From the human T2T-CHM13v2.0 reference genome, Homo sapiens, in assembly GCF_009914755.1 (NCBI RefSeq), contig NC_060925.1: a DNA stretch of 64,000 bases; one strand, 5' to 3'. How positions within the stretch are numbered: position 1 is the first letter of the stretch; the number at the start of each line of letters is the position of its first letter. Shown piece by piece: positions 1-14,039 of the stretch. Both the position numbers and the translations under genes were made by a program. Below the pieces are notes generated by a model, which was not told the origin of the DNA, ran no database searches, and saw only the letters and a list, made by a program, of their open reading frames with translations.

Positions 1-1890
1 GTATGAATACAGCTGCTATAAAGTTTAGTGTATAGGTTTTTGAGTTAAATATTAGTCTTAATTTCTCTGAGATAAATGTCTAATAGTACAATTGCTGGGT
101 TGTATGGCAGTTACATGTTTAGTTTTTAAAGAAGCTGCCAAAATATTTTTCAGTGTAGCTGTATTGTTTTACCTTCCCATGAGCAAGGTATGAATAATCC
201 AGTTTTTCCACGTCTTTGTCAGGACTTCGTAGCATAACCATTTTTCATTTTAGTCATTTTGACGGGTATGTAGTGCTGTCTCATTGTGGTTTTAATTTGC
301 ATTTTCCTAATGGCTAACAATGTTGAGCATTTTTAAATGTGCTGATTTGCCATGTGTATGTTCTCTACTATGAAATGCCTGTTCACATCTTTTGCTCATT
401 TTTCAACTGGATTGCTTTTTGGCTGTTGAATTTTGAGAGTTTTTTTAAATACCAGTCCTTTTTCAGATATATGGTTTACAAGCATTTTTTTTTACTCTGT
501 ATGTGTGTTATTTCATCTTCTTTTTTGATTTGACAAATAATAATTGTACATATCCATAGGGTACACAGTGATGTTTTGATTCATATAATGTATAGTGATC
601 AGATCAGGGTAATTAGCATACCTGTCATTTCAAATATTTATCACTTTTTTGTGTTGAGAACATTCAATATCCTAATCATTTCATCTTCTTAATAGGATCT
701 TTCACAGAACAAAAATTGTCAATTTTGATGAAGTCCAGTTGATCACTTTTTTCATTCATGGATTGTACTTTTGATATTAAGTCCAAGAACTCTTTGTCTA
801 GCCTCAGATCCTGAATTCTCCTATTTTTTCTAAAAATTTTACAGTTTTTCATTTTATATTTAAGTTCGTGATTCACTTTGATAAAATTTAAGATAGGTTC
901 AGGTTCCTTTTTCTTTTTTTGCCAATAGATGTCCGACCGTTCCGATATTTTTTGGTGAAAAGGCTGTCTTTCATCCATTCAATTGCTTTTGTAACTTTGT
1001 CAAAAATCAGTTGGCATATTCATGTGGGTCTATTTGTGGTTTCTCGATTCTGTTCCATTGCTCTATATGTCTGTTCCTCTGCCAACACCACATAGTCTTG
1101 ATTGCAGTAGCTAGGATCAAGTATATCTGAAAGCAGGTAGACTATCTCTTTTCACTTTATTCTTTATTTTTCTAAATTGCTTTAACTATCCTAGTCCTTT
1201 AGCATTTTTGTATAAACTTCAGAATAATCTTGTTTATACACAAAAAAAAATATTACTAGAATTTTGATAGCAATTGCATTAAATCTGTGTATAAACTTGG
1301 GGAGAGTGACATATTTACTATGTTGTCTTCCAATTCATGAATATGGTATGTCTCCATTTATTTGATCTTCTTTGGTTTCTTTCATCAGCATTGCATAGTT
1401 TTCAGCCTACAAGTCTGGCACACATTTTGTTAGATTTATATCTAATCAGTTAAATTATTTCAGCTACTGTAAATTGTATTGTATTTTTAATTTTCATGTC
1501 CATGTGTTTATTGCAAGTATATAGATATACAATTAATTTGTTAATGTTAATGCTAAACTCACTTATTAGTTCTAAGAGGTTTTTGTTTTGTAGATTCCTT
1601 GGGATTTTTCTAGGTAGACAATTTTGTCACCTGCTAATAATTTCTTCCTTTTTCTGCATGCCATTTTATTTCTTTATGTTTACTTACTGCACTGGTGAGA
1701 ACTTCTAGCACTATTTTGAATAAGAGTGGTAAGAATGTCTTGTTTTCTTAAATTTTTTGTTTCTTTCCCATTCTTAGAGGTTTGTTCATTTTTCCTTTCA
1801 GTTCTATCAGTTTTTGCTTTTTGTACTTTGCAGTTCTATTATTTGGTCCAGACACATTTAGGATTTATTGTCTTCTTGATGGTTTGACCC
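1..1890 (-). mobile_element. Old L1M (L1MB/MC-type) ORF2/3' fragments
   Basis: ORF 676-978(-) resembles the L1 ORF2 C-terminal part (DLRLDKEFLDL..DQLDFIKIDNFCSVKD). Antisense L1 T-rich composition. Confidence 0.85.
523..677 (-). mobile_element. Short 5'-truncated L1MA-type 3' end nested in the older L1
   Basis: L1MA 3'-end sequence (ataattgtacatat...gatcagatcagggtaattagcata) flanked by a 13-bp direct repeat ATTTCATCTTCTT (510-522 and 678-690). Confidence 0.75.
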
Positions 1891-2617
1891 TGGATCTGTT
1901 TGGCTCTACAACTCATACTATAAATCCCTCTACTTTCTTTTCTATGTTTGTTTCTTTGATATCTTCTTCATTTTTATGTCTTCCTTTCATTGTTCCTAGA
2001 ATCTGTGTCTTCTCCTTCAGAGTTCCTCTTCTGAATATCTTAAGGTTTTTCTTTGCATATTTATTCTTCCCTCCCAGACCTTTTCATCTGTTCCCAGCCT
2101 CTTTCTTTCTCTCTGGCTTCTAACTGTTTCCCTTCTTCAAAGAGCAAGGATTGTGAGCAGAAGCACCAAGAGCAGCTCCAAGGAATACCTCTGGTGGTTG
2201 GGGACTGGGGGGTGGGAGTGGAATGGCAGGTAACAAATAAGCCTACCCCCACCCCCACCCCTCATTCAGCTTTCTCTTATTTCTTATTTCTTTTATTTTG
2301 CCTGTAACTAGGCAACACTTAGGATGAAAGGCATCATCAGTGTTTATGTATGACTCATGTTGAGATTTTCTGCAGTGCCTAAACAGACCAACCTTTCTGC
2401 AAGTCACTTGGCTTCACTCTATTGCATTTAATCTGTTAGACAAAGCCATTTTTTAATGACTTTTCTGGTTTCCAACATAAGCCCCTGTGTTCTATTTAGT
2501 GCTGTCAAAATCTTAAGTTAAATGTTCCCTTGTATATCACTCAGAGTCAGTAATGATGGGACCTAATGGCTTTGCGGTATAGTAAGTTTCCTTACTCCTA
2601 GTACGTGAGCCTCTGAC

Positions 2618-2803
2618 AGTGGTTCTTAAACTTCAGTGTGCATAAGAATCACCCAGGGACTAAAGTGGGGCTTCCTGGGCCTCAGCACAATACAGCAGAA
2701 AATAGACCTGGGTGGGGCTCAGGAATCTACGTTTTTATAAACCACACTACCACACCCCATTATTCTAATACAGCAGATCTCAAGCCAGACTCTGAAAAAC
2801 ACT
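2618..2803. mobile_element. MER5A-type hAT-Charlie MITE
   Basis: CAGTGGTTCTTAAACTT...AAACACTG termini and typical internal sequence. Confidence 0.75.
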
Positions 2804-3689
2804 GCTATAAATGGTTGTCAGCACATCCAAAGTGATATGACACAGTGCTCTTCTAACTGCTGGGCTCTTTAAGCCCCTCTCTCTACCTTTGGCATAGGAG
2901 AGATGTATTAATAATAGTAAGAATAACCAATGACATAAAATAAGAAGTTAACTCTGAGAATTAAACAGAGAACTTAACTCTGATCTCTCCTAGGTATGCA
3001 CTACCGTGTTTTATTTGGTTTTAGGTAGATCCAAATGTGTGCCTCTCGTAGGCATGTAAAGCATGGCCTTCTGGTTATCTTATGGATATTTATATGTGAT
3101 TTTTGAAGATTTATGAGTGGGAGGTGCTATCTCAAATGAACTCGATTCTTTTTTCCTGATTCCCTGGTTAACTAAATACAGCCAATCACTGTCCTGTGCC
3201 ATAGATGGAGAGACAGAGCAGGCAATAACACATGGGCCAGGATCCCATGCCTAACTGAGACTTTCCCACCTCCTCTTTGGCACCCTTAGGCAAAATCCCT
3301 CCAGAATTCCCATCACTCTTGCCTCCCACGCTGATAAGACCCAAAACTTGCCCACTTGAGTTCTGTGGTCACTGCCGCCAGTCCTAGCAAGTCTCCTTCA
3401 TGGGAGCCAAGGGTGCCAGGTAGGTGATTCCTGACATGGCAGCCAGGAGCCTCTGCTGGGCCAGTGGGGCAGGCAAGAGTCTGTCTACCCCTCACATTTG
3501 GCTTGGCTTTGCCTCCACCTTTGCTTTGGCCCTAAATCTGCAGCTCACATGTTCCCTTCTCTCCTGCAGCCTAGTCTCACTGCATTCTCGGGTCGCTACC
3601 AGTCCTGGCCACCGTTGGCTGCAGAGCGCAGCTCCATGTTCATCTTTCACCCCATTCTCCTCTCTGGAACTCAAAAAGCCCCTCACAAG

Positions 3690-3850
3690 GGCACAGTACT
3701 CTGGCACTTATTGTGTAATCATTAGAGTTGTGTATAGTCTCTACATTGTGACTCTTTCCTCCATAAGAAGAAGGACCCTGTTTTGTGCTTCTTTTGTATC
3801 TTGCAGTTTCTTGGAGACACTCAGCATACTTGTGGATGAATGGGTGGATT
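3690..3850 (+). mobile_element. L2 3' end fragment
   Basis: Degenerate L2 tail (…ggaccctgttttgtgcttcttttgtatc…ctcagcatacttgtggatgaatg). Confidence 0.55.
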
Positions 3851-4254
3851 GGTCCAAGTACTTCACAAGTTCAAGGGCCTTGTGAGCCAAGGAGTTAGAA
3901 GCACTTGTCATCAAATACAGTGACAAAGAGTTACATACGTGAGAAAAAAAGGTAGAGTCAATATATCTCCTAAATTCCCAGAAAACTAGTACAGACTTTT
4001 CAGATAGGATTGCAATTTTCTCCTGTTGGCGTACAACTGTTTCTCTGCTGGTTTTGTTTGTTTGGTCAGTTACCTCTCAGATAGTCCATCCTAGTGAATG
4101 GGGTTGTCTCTTATCGGTTGGTTATATGCAGCCTCTGGGCATTGGTCAGTGCTCATTCTTTCTAGAAACATTAGGATTTGCTTTAACCATTGCTGATTCT
4201 TTTAAGTACAAAAAAGTGTTTTTTAAAAGTTCTTTTAAGGTCCTTAAGGTTTTG

Positions 4255-4548
4255 TTCTGTTTTGTTTTGGGACTTGGTCTCACTCCTTTGCCCAGGCTGC
4301 AGTGCAGTGGCACAATCACGGCTCACTGAAGCCTTGACCTCCCAGGTTCAAGCAATCCTCCCACCTCAGTCCCCTGAGTAGCTGGGACTACAGGCCTGCA
4401 CCAACACACTTGGCTAATTGTCTAAGTTTTGTCGAGATAGGGTCTTGCTTTGTTGCCAGGACTAGTCTTGAGCTCCTGGGCTCAATAATCCTCCCACTTT
4501 GGCCTCCCAAAATGTTGGGATTACAGCCATGAGCCACCGCGCCCAGCC
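4255..4548 (-). mobile_element. AluJ-type SINE
   Basis: Full antisense Alu ending GAGCCACCGCGCCCAGCC, with J-type features (gaactcctgggctcaa-like). Confidence 0.9.
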
Positions 4549-4754
4549 TAAAAATTCTATTTAAATAATATGCATAATTCAATAGGAAAGAAGTGGATAT
4601 TTATAATATAGCTTTACTCTTGTTAAAAGATTGTATCCTGTAGGTATGTATCGCACCTACAGGATGTAGGTATGTATCGCACCTAATGACAGGGTGGATC
4701 CAAGTAGATCTCATCTTCGAATGAATAAATGACTCATGGATACTATGTCCCAGT

Positions 4755-4955
4755 TGTTAAGTGCACAGGGCTTGGAATCAGAGACCCGTATTCTTGACTT
4801 GTCCACAAGCCTGTGCTGTGACTCCAGTGTAAAAAGTGGACAATACCAATATCTATTCAATGGGACTGTTTTGATGATTAACTGAAATAATGCATGTAAA
4901 GTGCTTGGCACAGTTCTTGGCATGCAGTAAGTGCTTAGTAAACATTAGATTTTCT
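4755..4955 (+). mobile_element. MIR
   Basis: MIR 3' part: aataatgcatgtaaagtgcttggcacagt...agtaagtgcttagtaaacattag. Confidence 0.7.
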
Positions 4956-5154
4956 TCTTAATATTATGACAGCTGGCTAGGGTTCTGGATCTTGTGCCAA
5001 TTCAAAAATGCCATAGTGTAAAGTGTTATAATGGAAAGAGAACGATTATTAATTGAGAACCTACTGTGTTAACAAAAATGTGTAAGACACGTGTCAGCTC
5101 CAAGGGCCTCGTGATTTAAGGAGGTAGGAAATTCATTAAAAAAAAATAGCTCTA

Positions 5155-5466
<312 letters not shown>

Positions 5467-5589
5467 CTACAGGAGTAGGACAAAAAAATAAGGGCTGTGG
5501 AGACTTAGAGAGTTTGTGGGCTGGGAGGTCAAATCCTGCAGAGCCCAGTGGGCTGTGATGAATACTGTGGATTAAATTTCCATGCACTC

Positions 5590-6240
5590 AGGATGAACCT
5601 AAATCCCTAACATGGCCAAGAATGTCCTGCACTCTTTGTCCCACCTGTCTTTCCAGCCTCATCTGGGGTCACTCTATTTCTTACTTAATACAATTGTCTT
5701 CAGCTCCGCAAAACATCAAGCTTATTCCTGGCTCAGGTGTTTGCACAGGATCACCTCCTTCAGCTGTGCTCTCAAGCCCTAGGCCAGTTGAAGCTTCAGC
5801 TTCTTGCAGGGACGCCTTGTTCTAATTCACACAAAGCCACCAACACATGCTCTGCTTCTACACACACCCCTCACTCCAAATAGAATTCCTTTTCCCCGAC
5901 TGTTTGCTGGTTTCTACTTTCCTTGAAGTCTGCATTTAAATGTCAGTTCCTCAAAAGGCATTCCCTGACTCCCAATCTCAATTTTTCCCTTTTTACCCTT
6001 GATCATCACACTCCATGCTTTTCCTTTGCAACCATTTCACAGTTGCAAGTGCACATTAATTTATATGATTCTTTGTCTAGCAATTGTCCATGTTGTAGCC
6101 TGTAAGCTCTATGTCCACGTCTGTTTTTCTCCCATGCTATCTCCAGCACCTAGCATAATACCTGAACAGATTAGATCTCAAAAATAAAAAATAAAAACAA
6201 ATAAAAGCAGTAGTTTCTTCAGTAAATGAATGAATGAAGA
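5590..6240 (+). mobile_element. L2 3' region
   Basis: Ends in tgtaagctc...ccagcacctagcata...aatgaatgaatgaa. Confidence 0.7.
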
Positions 6241-6269
6241 GGGAGGCTGTTTAGAAAAGGGGAGGCCAG

Positions 6270-7330
6270 CTAGAACTTGGAGGAGGAGTGTGTGGATAGG
6301 CGGAGGGGGCTGCAAGGGCATCCCAGGAGGAAGAAATGGTATAAGAAAAGGTTTGCAGGTGGGAATGTGCAGGGGTGTGCAGGAGAACAGGCTGACCTGC
6401 TTGAACAGTGGGCTTATTTGGGGTGCTGAAAGAAGTCCTGTGTTAAAATCACATTAGAAAAAAAGTGTGAAGGACTTAACTACTAGGACTGGAAGCTCTG
6501 ATTTGGGGATCGTCTGAGTAGAAGAGTAATATGACTAAGTTGTGTTTGGCAAGAGTGGATCTGAGTGCGTAGAGCAGACAGAAAGGAGAGTGGAAAGGAA
6601 AGGCCACCAGTTGGGAGGCTGATGTCCTAGTCTGTGTGAGAGATGTCTCTGATCTCAGACCAAGACCGTGTCAGTGGGAGAAAAAGTGACACGTGCAGGT
6701 GGTGCTACAAGTTGAGAATCAGTCAGACCTGGTAAGTCTTCCTTGGTTTTGGAGAGAAAAGGGAGAGAGATCAAAGAAGAGGGAGGAGGCAAAATAGTTT
6801 GAGGGTCTCCCATGAGGAAACAAAGTGGAGGACACACAGTGATGGCAGGAGGGCATGACAGAACTGGGGAAGCTTCTCAGCATGGATTCAGACCCAGAGA
6901 GTTCACAGTCACGGCAGTCCAGCCCAGACCCGGAGGTGCTGATCTAGGGCTCGGGGGAGAGGTCCTGCGTGAGAGGTCAAGGCTTGAGGACAGGTGACAT
7001 CTTTGGGAGACGAGTATGAAAGAAAGCCACAGGGTCAAGGGCTGGCTGTCTCAGAAGGAAGAGAAAGAAGCCTACCCTGGAGGCAGAGCGGAGCTATGGG
7101 AGAAGTGCGGGGAGAGAAAGGATCCTGGTGTAGTGACTCCAGAGTCACAAAGGAGCGGGTGGTCATATCAAATGTTGCAGGGAGTCAAGGAGGGGTAGGA
7201 CCCCCATGAGGCCTCTCATCTCAGGACTGGTAAGTCACGGGTGACCTTTTAGAGAAGAGCTGAGACAGAAGCCAAAGCACTGGGAGTTAAACTGCTGGGT
7301 GGGTGGCAAAGACATGTTAGAGCAGGTGTG
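6270..7330 (-). mobile_element. L2 fragment(s), antisense
   Basis: Purine-rich degenerate L2 antisense motifs (gggcatcccaggaggaagaaatgg, ccagttgggaggct, gtgaccttt). Confidence 0.55.
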
Positions 7331-8219
7331 TCTCGCTTATTCAAGGTGTCACACAGAGGCGAGAGGGGCGCCCTGTGCTGCGTGACTGCCGCTGGGGCTC
7401 CCAGGGCAGCACATCCAATACCTCCATAAAGACCCCACCCAATCCAGTCTCTTCATAGGACTTACCAGCTCTAACCCAGGGAAAGACAGGAAGAAAGTTA
7501 CATTTGTACCATTTCCCAAGAACTGTCTTTGTAGAGGAGAAAGACTAATTTACTACACAGTCAGAGGGAAGGTGGGGAGGTGGAGGGTCATAAAGAAAAA
7601 GGAGGTGGTTACTTGTTGAAGGGAGGTGGGTGGGGATTACTTTCTGCAGGGCCAAGAAACTGAAAAAAAAAAAGTTGAGCCTGGGGGAAAATGTCACAGA
7701 TCTCTGCTCCAAGTGAATGTCCCTCAGGCCAGTCATTAAAAACACCCTGGCTGTAACCCTGCTCTTTTCATGTAAGCCAAGAGCCAAACGGCTGTTTGTA
7801 CCCACTGTCCCTCATGCCATCTGGCAACATGTCAAGCAATTCAACAACTGTGTGTCCTTCCCTGAAACCAGAGAGCCGACGTTTCTCTCCGGTAATCTCC
7901 TGTCACTTTCTGCCGCCCTCAAAGTAGGCCTGAGCTATGTATAGCTGGGCAGTTGGCATGTGATGTGTTCACGAAGGAGGCTGGCTCAATGAAGGGACGG
8001 CTATTTTATGGGGTTCAAGCGAGTATCGGGGGCCTCTTTAGGGCTGGAATAGGTGGCCTCTGAAAGAGCCTTCGGGGAGAGAGAGGCTGTTGATTGTTTT
8101 TATTGGCATTTTGGACTATCACGTTGGTCAATGCCAAGGAAAAGACCCAAGGGAAGATGCTATGTATTTTTTCCACCCCACAATTCTGAGAGGCTATATA
8201 ACAACAACAATTTTTAAAA

Positions 8220-8560
8220 AAGCACTTACTGGGTGTTTACTATATGCCAGCTATTGCTCCAACTGCCTTACAAGAATTATCTTATTGAATCTCTACAAAA
8301 CCCTCATGAGGTAGAGGCTTGCAGATGAGGAAATAGAGGCACAGAGTGGTTAACCAACTTGCCTGGGGACACACAGAGCTTAAGTGACCCAGCTAGGATC
8401 TCAACCCTGACACTCTGGCTCCAGAGCCCGAACTTTCATCTGTTACCTTTTGTTCCTATACCTGGGCCTCTGAGGGACCTGGGCCCAAATCCTGGCTTTG
8501 CAACTTATCAGCTGTGAGACTCTGGGCAAGTCACAACTTAACTGATCTTCAATTTCCTTA
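8220..8560. mobile_element. Two MIR copies in opposite orientation (~8220-8435 minus, ~8460-8560 plus)
   Basis: cagatgaggaaatagaggcacagag core (antisense) and aaatcctggc...ctgtgagactctgggcaagtcac (sense). Confidence 0.7.
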
Positions 8561-8651
8561 GAGATCCAATCTCACAGGAGTATCATGTATACAAGTACGT
8601 AGTGAAAGTTCCCTACCAATTAACTACAGGGCAAACCCCACTACACTAAGT

Positions 8652-8840
8652 CAGTGGTTTTAGAACCTGGGTGCACATCAGCATTCCCTGGAGGGGCAGC
8701 CAGTAAAAAGAGATTGCTGGGCCCACCCCAGAGTTTCTGATTCAGCAGGTCTGGGATGGGACCCAAGAATTTGCATTTCTGCCAGGGTCCCAGGTGCTGC
8801 TGAGGCTGCCAGTCTCGGGCCCACACATTGAGAGCTGTGG
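8652..8840. mobile_element. MER5A
   Basis: cagtggtttt...gattgctgggcccaccccagagtttctgattcagcaggtctggg...gaatttgcatttct. Confidence 0.85.
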
Positions 8841-10434
8841 CTCTTCCAGTCTCTAACACAAAATCACAATCTTTTATTGCGTAGCATTTTGCCATGTCCA
8901 AACTGACAGAATGAGGGAAGCTGTCCCTGAAGGCCAGGTTTGTTTTGTTTTATCTAAAAATATTATTGCAATGGAATTTTTAAAGAGTGAATTTGACTGA
9001 CATGGGGCAAGGCCATGCCCTTTACCAATTTTTCTCAACAGAATTCTGTGCCCCAGAGCCTGTGAAAATGCAGTCTGGAAGCCCAGGCCCTGACCTCCTC
9101 TGGTAGTCCCTCCCTCAAACTCTCCTTGGGAAAAAGTTTCACATGATACTCAGTGCTTTCTGGAGCCAGAGAGATCATCCCTTTTTAAACTAACCTTCAG
9201 TGGAGGTTGGTAAACCTCATTTTAAAAAGGGGGTGAGGTGCTTCCTCTCATGGAGAGGCCTCATGAATGTAAAATAATGACTGAACGAAGAGATCCTTGA
9301 CTTATTGCTTCCACAGTGCAATAAGCAGAAAAGGAACCTGTTCCTGCTTGGCTGAACTTTCTGAAATGTCTGACTAGTGTTTATTTTGATAGCATCTGCT
9401 AATGACAGCAAATGCCATGGATAACTAACTTGAGTGGAGAGTGGGAGTTTTCAATGTGCTTTCACATACACAATGATTTCAGGAGCAGCCCTTCACTCAG
9501 CACCAAGCGTGTGCCCATCACTTCACACATGTTACCTGTTTTGTCTTCTTAAAACCTCTATGAGGAGCGTACTGTGGCTTAGATTTTATAAAGGAAGCAC
9601 TCAGCCTTGAGGAGCTAAGTGACCCGCCTGCAGTCACACAGCTAGTGCAAGGACTCAATCCCAGCTGGCTCTAACTCCAAAGCCTGTGCATCTCACACAG
9701 CTAGGTGCTACTGCCAATAGTCGTTTATGTGTTGCATTGTTGCATTCACTTCTTCTGTGTCTGGAGGATGCTTCACTCCCTTCATAAATCAGAGGTGTGT
9801 GGTCGGGCTAACAGTTAGATATCCGAGGCCAGAGTAATTGTGTGTGTTGTATAGGTAGAAGCAGGTGAGCATGTGAGGGAGTACCTGTTGGCTCTCCTGG
9901 ACACCCAGCTCATGGCAGATGGTGAGGAGAGGCCTGTCTGGCTTGGGGCACCTGGGCAGCAGGTGGGAGCTCCTGGAACTGGCACTCCGGGCACACAGAA
10001 GCGGCTCTGGCTTGCCTAGCCCATCACATTGCAAGATGCCTTACTGGCCCCTTTCCTGCATGGCTGTCCAAACAGAAACAGCTTATCTGGATAATTCTGG
10101 CCTACCACATCCAGTTTATAAAAAGGGAAGCCTTAGAGGCTTCTTTGAACAGGCTCAGTTCTTCAGGGGGCTGACTTTCTAGGAGGAACAAGTCATTTTG
10201 AATGAGCACTAAAGCTAAGCTGACAATTATGCAAAAATACTCTGCACCAACCTGTAAAGCTCAAACTGCCGCAGAGTAGGGCTGCTGAGTAAAGAAAAAT
10301 CTTGTGATTTGGAATCAGATTTTATTTCTTACTTTTAATTTTACTGCCTTATATCATAATAGCCCTTATAATATTTCTGCAGTGGTGACTTTCATGGTAT
10401 CTCACGTCCCCGTTTTAAAATTTATAACTTTGGG

Positions 10435-10745
<311 letters not shown>

Positions 10746-12139
10746 ACTTATACCTTTGGGAGGAGGTCTACCTCAGGAATGTTATGAATAGGTGTCCTAT
10801 TTGGGCTTGCGCAATACCGGGGGCTTTGGAGATAGGAGTAGTGAGAAAAGGTTCCAATGGTCTAAAAACTTCTGAATCAACCATGTATTTTCCAGTTCGT
10901 GAAACCTTTATTTCCTTATAATTCCATAGGTGAAAGGAAAAATTTAACTGTAATCAACTCAATCCATGCTTTTACAACTAGCATTTCTGTTCTTTTACCG
11001 TCTCACTCCAAGGATCCCCTGTATTACCGATATGTGCCCAGCAACCCTCCACACAGAATTCAACAGCACTTGGGATTCACAGAGAACTGCGATTTAAAAG
11101 TGAGCACCTCCTGAGAAAGTATGGGCTCTATGAGAGGCTTTGTTCTCCAAGCCAAACCAAAATAAGTCTGACCTCATCTAATTTTTCAGAGTGGAGCAGG
11201 TGTGAATTTGGAGATTGCCATTTTTGGTCAGTGAACAGTTGGAAAAAAAATACCTGAATCCTGTGTGTGTTGCTATTCCCTCCCCAGCGTTTCCACGCAG
11301 CTCCATCTGCAGATTCACTCAACTCCAGCAACTTCATTTTGCCTTCCTCTCTTGGGGTTTGGAAATGCAACCACCACTGGGATATTTGCCAGTGCTAAAT
11401 AGGTTTAGAACAAGGGTCAGCCTTATAAAGCTTGGAGGCTTCTGCCCACGTGCATATATATTTTGGGCTAAGAATCCCATGGCTTAAAAAAAATCAATTT
11501 TACCCATATTTTGGTGGGATTAAGCAAGGGTAACGAACAGGTTCCTGAATCTGGCAGATTCAACCTCTTTACAATTGTACTCAATACTTTAAAAAATTTA
11601 ACTCAATTTTAAAAAGAGATCAAGGAGAAGTATATTTTCAGTATAAGCAATTTATTTCTAATTCTTGACCTTTCCCTTCTTCCCCTCTCCATCCAACCAT
11701 CCAGCAAACATTTATTAAATTCCAAGTGCCAAGCAACAGCCCATTGGCTCGCATTAGTCATTTAGGTTCAACACATAGTCTAGTTGCACAATTTAATGCA
11801 GCTCAAGTGTGAGTGAAAATCCAGAGTACAAACTAAAGACATCTGTCCCTTCATAAGTTGGCACTGCTTACAAACATGAAGCAATCCCTTTCAGCTGCTC
11901 CTTGGCATACTGGAAGGGACATGTCATTTGAAACAAATAGGTTTGGGTTCAAACTCTGCTTCACAATCTAATGTTTTATAGCTTTGTGAGTTTAGGCAAT
12001 TTTTACTTAACTCTCTGGCTAATTTCTCTGTCTGTAATATTGTAAGAATTAAATAAAATAACATATGTAAAGCCCCATATTGGCATGGTTTATGGTAAGT
12101 TCATAATATGTGCTTCTCCCTTCTCCTCCTTCCTCTTCT

Positions 12140-12880
12140 CTTCATTCAACATTCATTTGACAAATGCCGTTGAATACCTACTGAGTCAGGCACTGGTTTA
12201 GGTGCTGGGGTATAGCAATGAGTAGAACAAAGTCCCTGCCTTTGTGAATGTCACATTCTATAGCAGGTGCTGTAGTTTGGACGTTTTTCCCTCCAAATCT
12301 TACATTAAAATTTGATCCCCAATGTTGGAGGTGGGGCCTAATGGGAGGTCTTGGGGTCATGGAGGTGAATCCCTTATGAATAGATTAATGTCCTCCGTGG
12401 GTGGGGCAGTGACTGAGTGAGTTCTCACTCTATTAGTTCCTGCTAGAGTTCCTCTGAGAGTTGGTTGTTAAAAAGAGCCTTGCACCTTTTCTCTCTCTCT
12501 CGCTTCCTCTGGTGCTGTGTGATCTCTGCACACATCAGCTCCTTTTCACCTTCTGCCATGAGTGGAAGCAGCCTGTGGCCCTAGCCAGATACAGATACCC
12601 AATCTTCAACTTTTTCAGACATCAGAATTGTGAGCCAAATAAACCTTTTATTCTTTATAAATTACCTAGTCTTAGGTATTCTTTTATAGCAACACAAATG
12701 TACTGAAAGAAGGGGTGTCAGACAATATGCAATATGTCAGCCAAGTACTATGTAGAAAAAGCATAGAGGAGGGTAGAGAAGGTAAAATGAGTGCATGGAA
12801 AGTGTGATTTACATAGGTGGTCAGGGAGATAACTTCTTTGATAAAGTGACATTTAAGCATAGACCTAAAGGAAGTGAGTT
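12140..12880 (-). mobile_element. L2 antisense, interrupted by an MST LTR
   Basis: cattcaacattcatttgacaaat...ggtgctggggtatagcaatgag, resuming after 12710 with gtgacatttaagcatagacctaaagga. Confidence 0.65.
12268..12708 (+). mobile_element. MaLR solo LTR (MSTB-like)
   Basis: tgctgtagtttgga...tgttggaggtggggcctaatgggagg...tgagccaaataaacct...tatagcaacacaaa. Confidence 0.8.
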
Positions 12881-12946
12881 CTTATCATCAATAAAAGAGG
12901 GACATTTCCCTAGACACTGGGGCCATTCCATCTGCATCTTTGTAAG

Positions 12947-13395
12947 TGCTATGATTTGGGTGTGGTTTGTCCCCATCAAAACTCATGTTGAAATTTTATT
13001 CCCAATATGGTAGTGTTCAGCAGTAGGGTCTAGTCAGAGGTGTTTGGGTTATGTGGGTGGGCCCCTTATAAACAGATGAATAGATGAATGCCCTCATTCA
13101 AGGGTAAGTGAGTTTTAATGAGAACAAATTAGTTTCTGAGGGAACAGGTTGTTTAAAAGGGTCTGACTTCCTTGGCTTCTCTGTCTTTCTTTCTCTCTCA
13201 TCACATGATTTCCTTGCCCACTCCTCTATTGCTTTCTGCTTTCTGCCATGAGTTGAAGCAGCACGAGGCCTTCACCAGATGCAGCTGCCAATTTTGAACT
13301 TTCCAGCCACTAGAATCATGAGCCAAGTAAACCTCTTTTTATAGATGACCCAGCCTCAGGTATTCTGTTATAGCAACACTAAGCAGACTTAGACA
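12947..13395 (+). mobile_element. MaLR solo LTR (MST family)
   Basis: TG...CA termini with a 5-bp TSD GTAAG (12942-46 and 13396-400), and typical MST body. Confidence 0.85.
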
Positions 13396-14039
13396 GTAAG
13401 TAAGTAAGATGAATATTTCATGAATAAATGAAAGAATTAATATTTCTATTCAGGTGTTCACTAGACTTAGTTTTATATTACAAAATACTCACCAGTTTTC
13501 TCTGAGAAGCTTTCCCATGGTTTCCATTAAACATCATAACATCTTAATATCCCACTTCCATCTACCTTCAGGGTTCTTAGATTTGCCATCTCTTTTGGGG
13601 AAAGGGCTAATGTGCCACAGCAACCAAATAGACGCATGTCTTCTCTTTCTGAAGGTCAACTCTGAACCCTGACCTGAGGATAGTTAGAAGGCCACCTTCT
13701 GAGTTGGTCTTTAAAAGCCAGGCAATTCAACTAGAAAGATCTCAAATAGGGTAATACTTCTCAAGTCCCAGATCATTTCCTTCTAAGGAGGTCCAAAGGA
13801 TTAGTCACTGATTGTGTGAGTGATGGGTCAGTGGGAGAACCCCGGGAGGCCTGGCTGAGTCCCAAATCAGATATGAATCCCTGCACCCCTAGAACAAACT
13901 TAACATCCCAGCGACTCTCCAAATTAGAGCTATACTGACAGTTCCAACACCATTCTGAAGAATGAATGATCCAAAGGTCAAACAGGTAACAACATGATTC
14001 TGGTCATCTGGAAAACTTTCCCAACCCAATAGACTGTCA

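Noticed and set aside
3313-3926. Cluster of overlapping ORFs suggesting a processed pseudogene
   Set aside because: No recognisable protein family, poly-A or TSD, and part of it is an L2 3' end.
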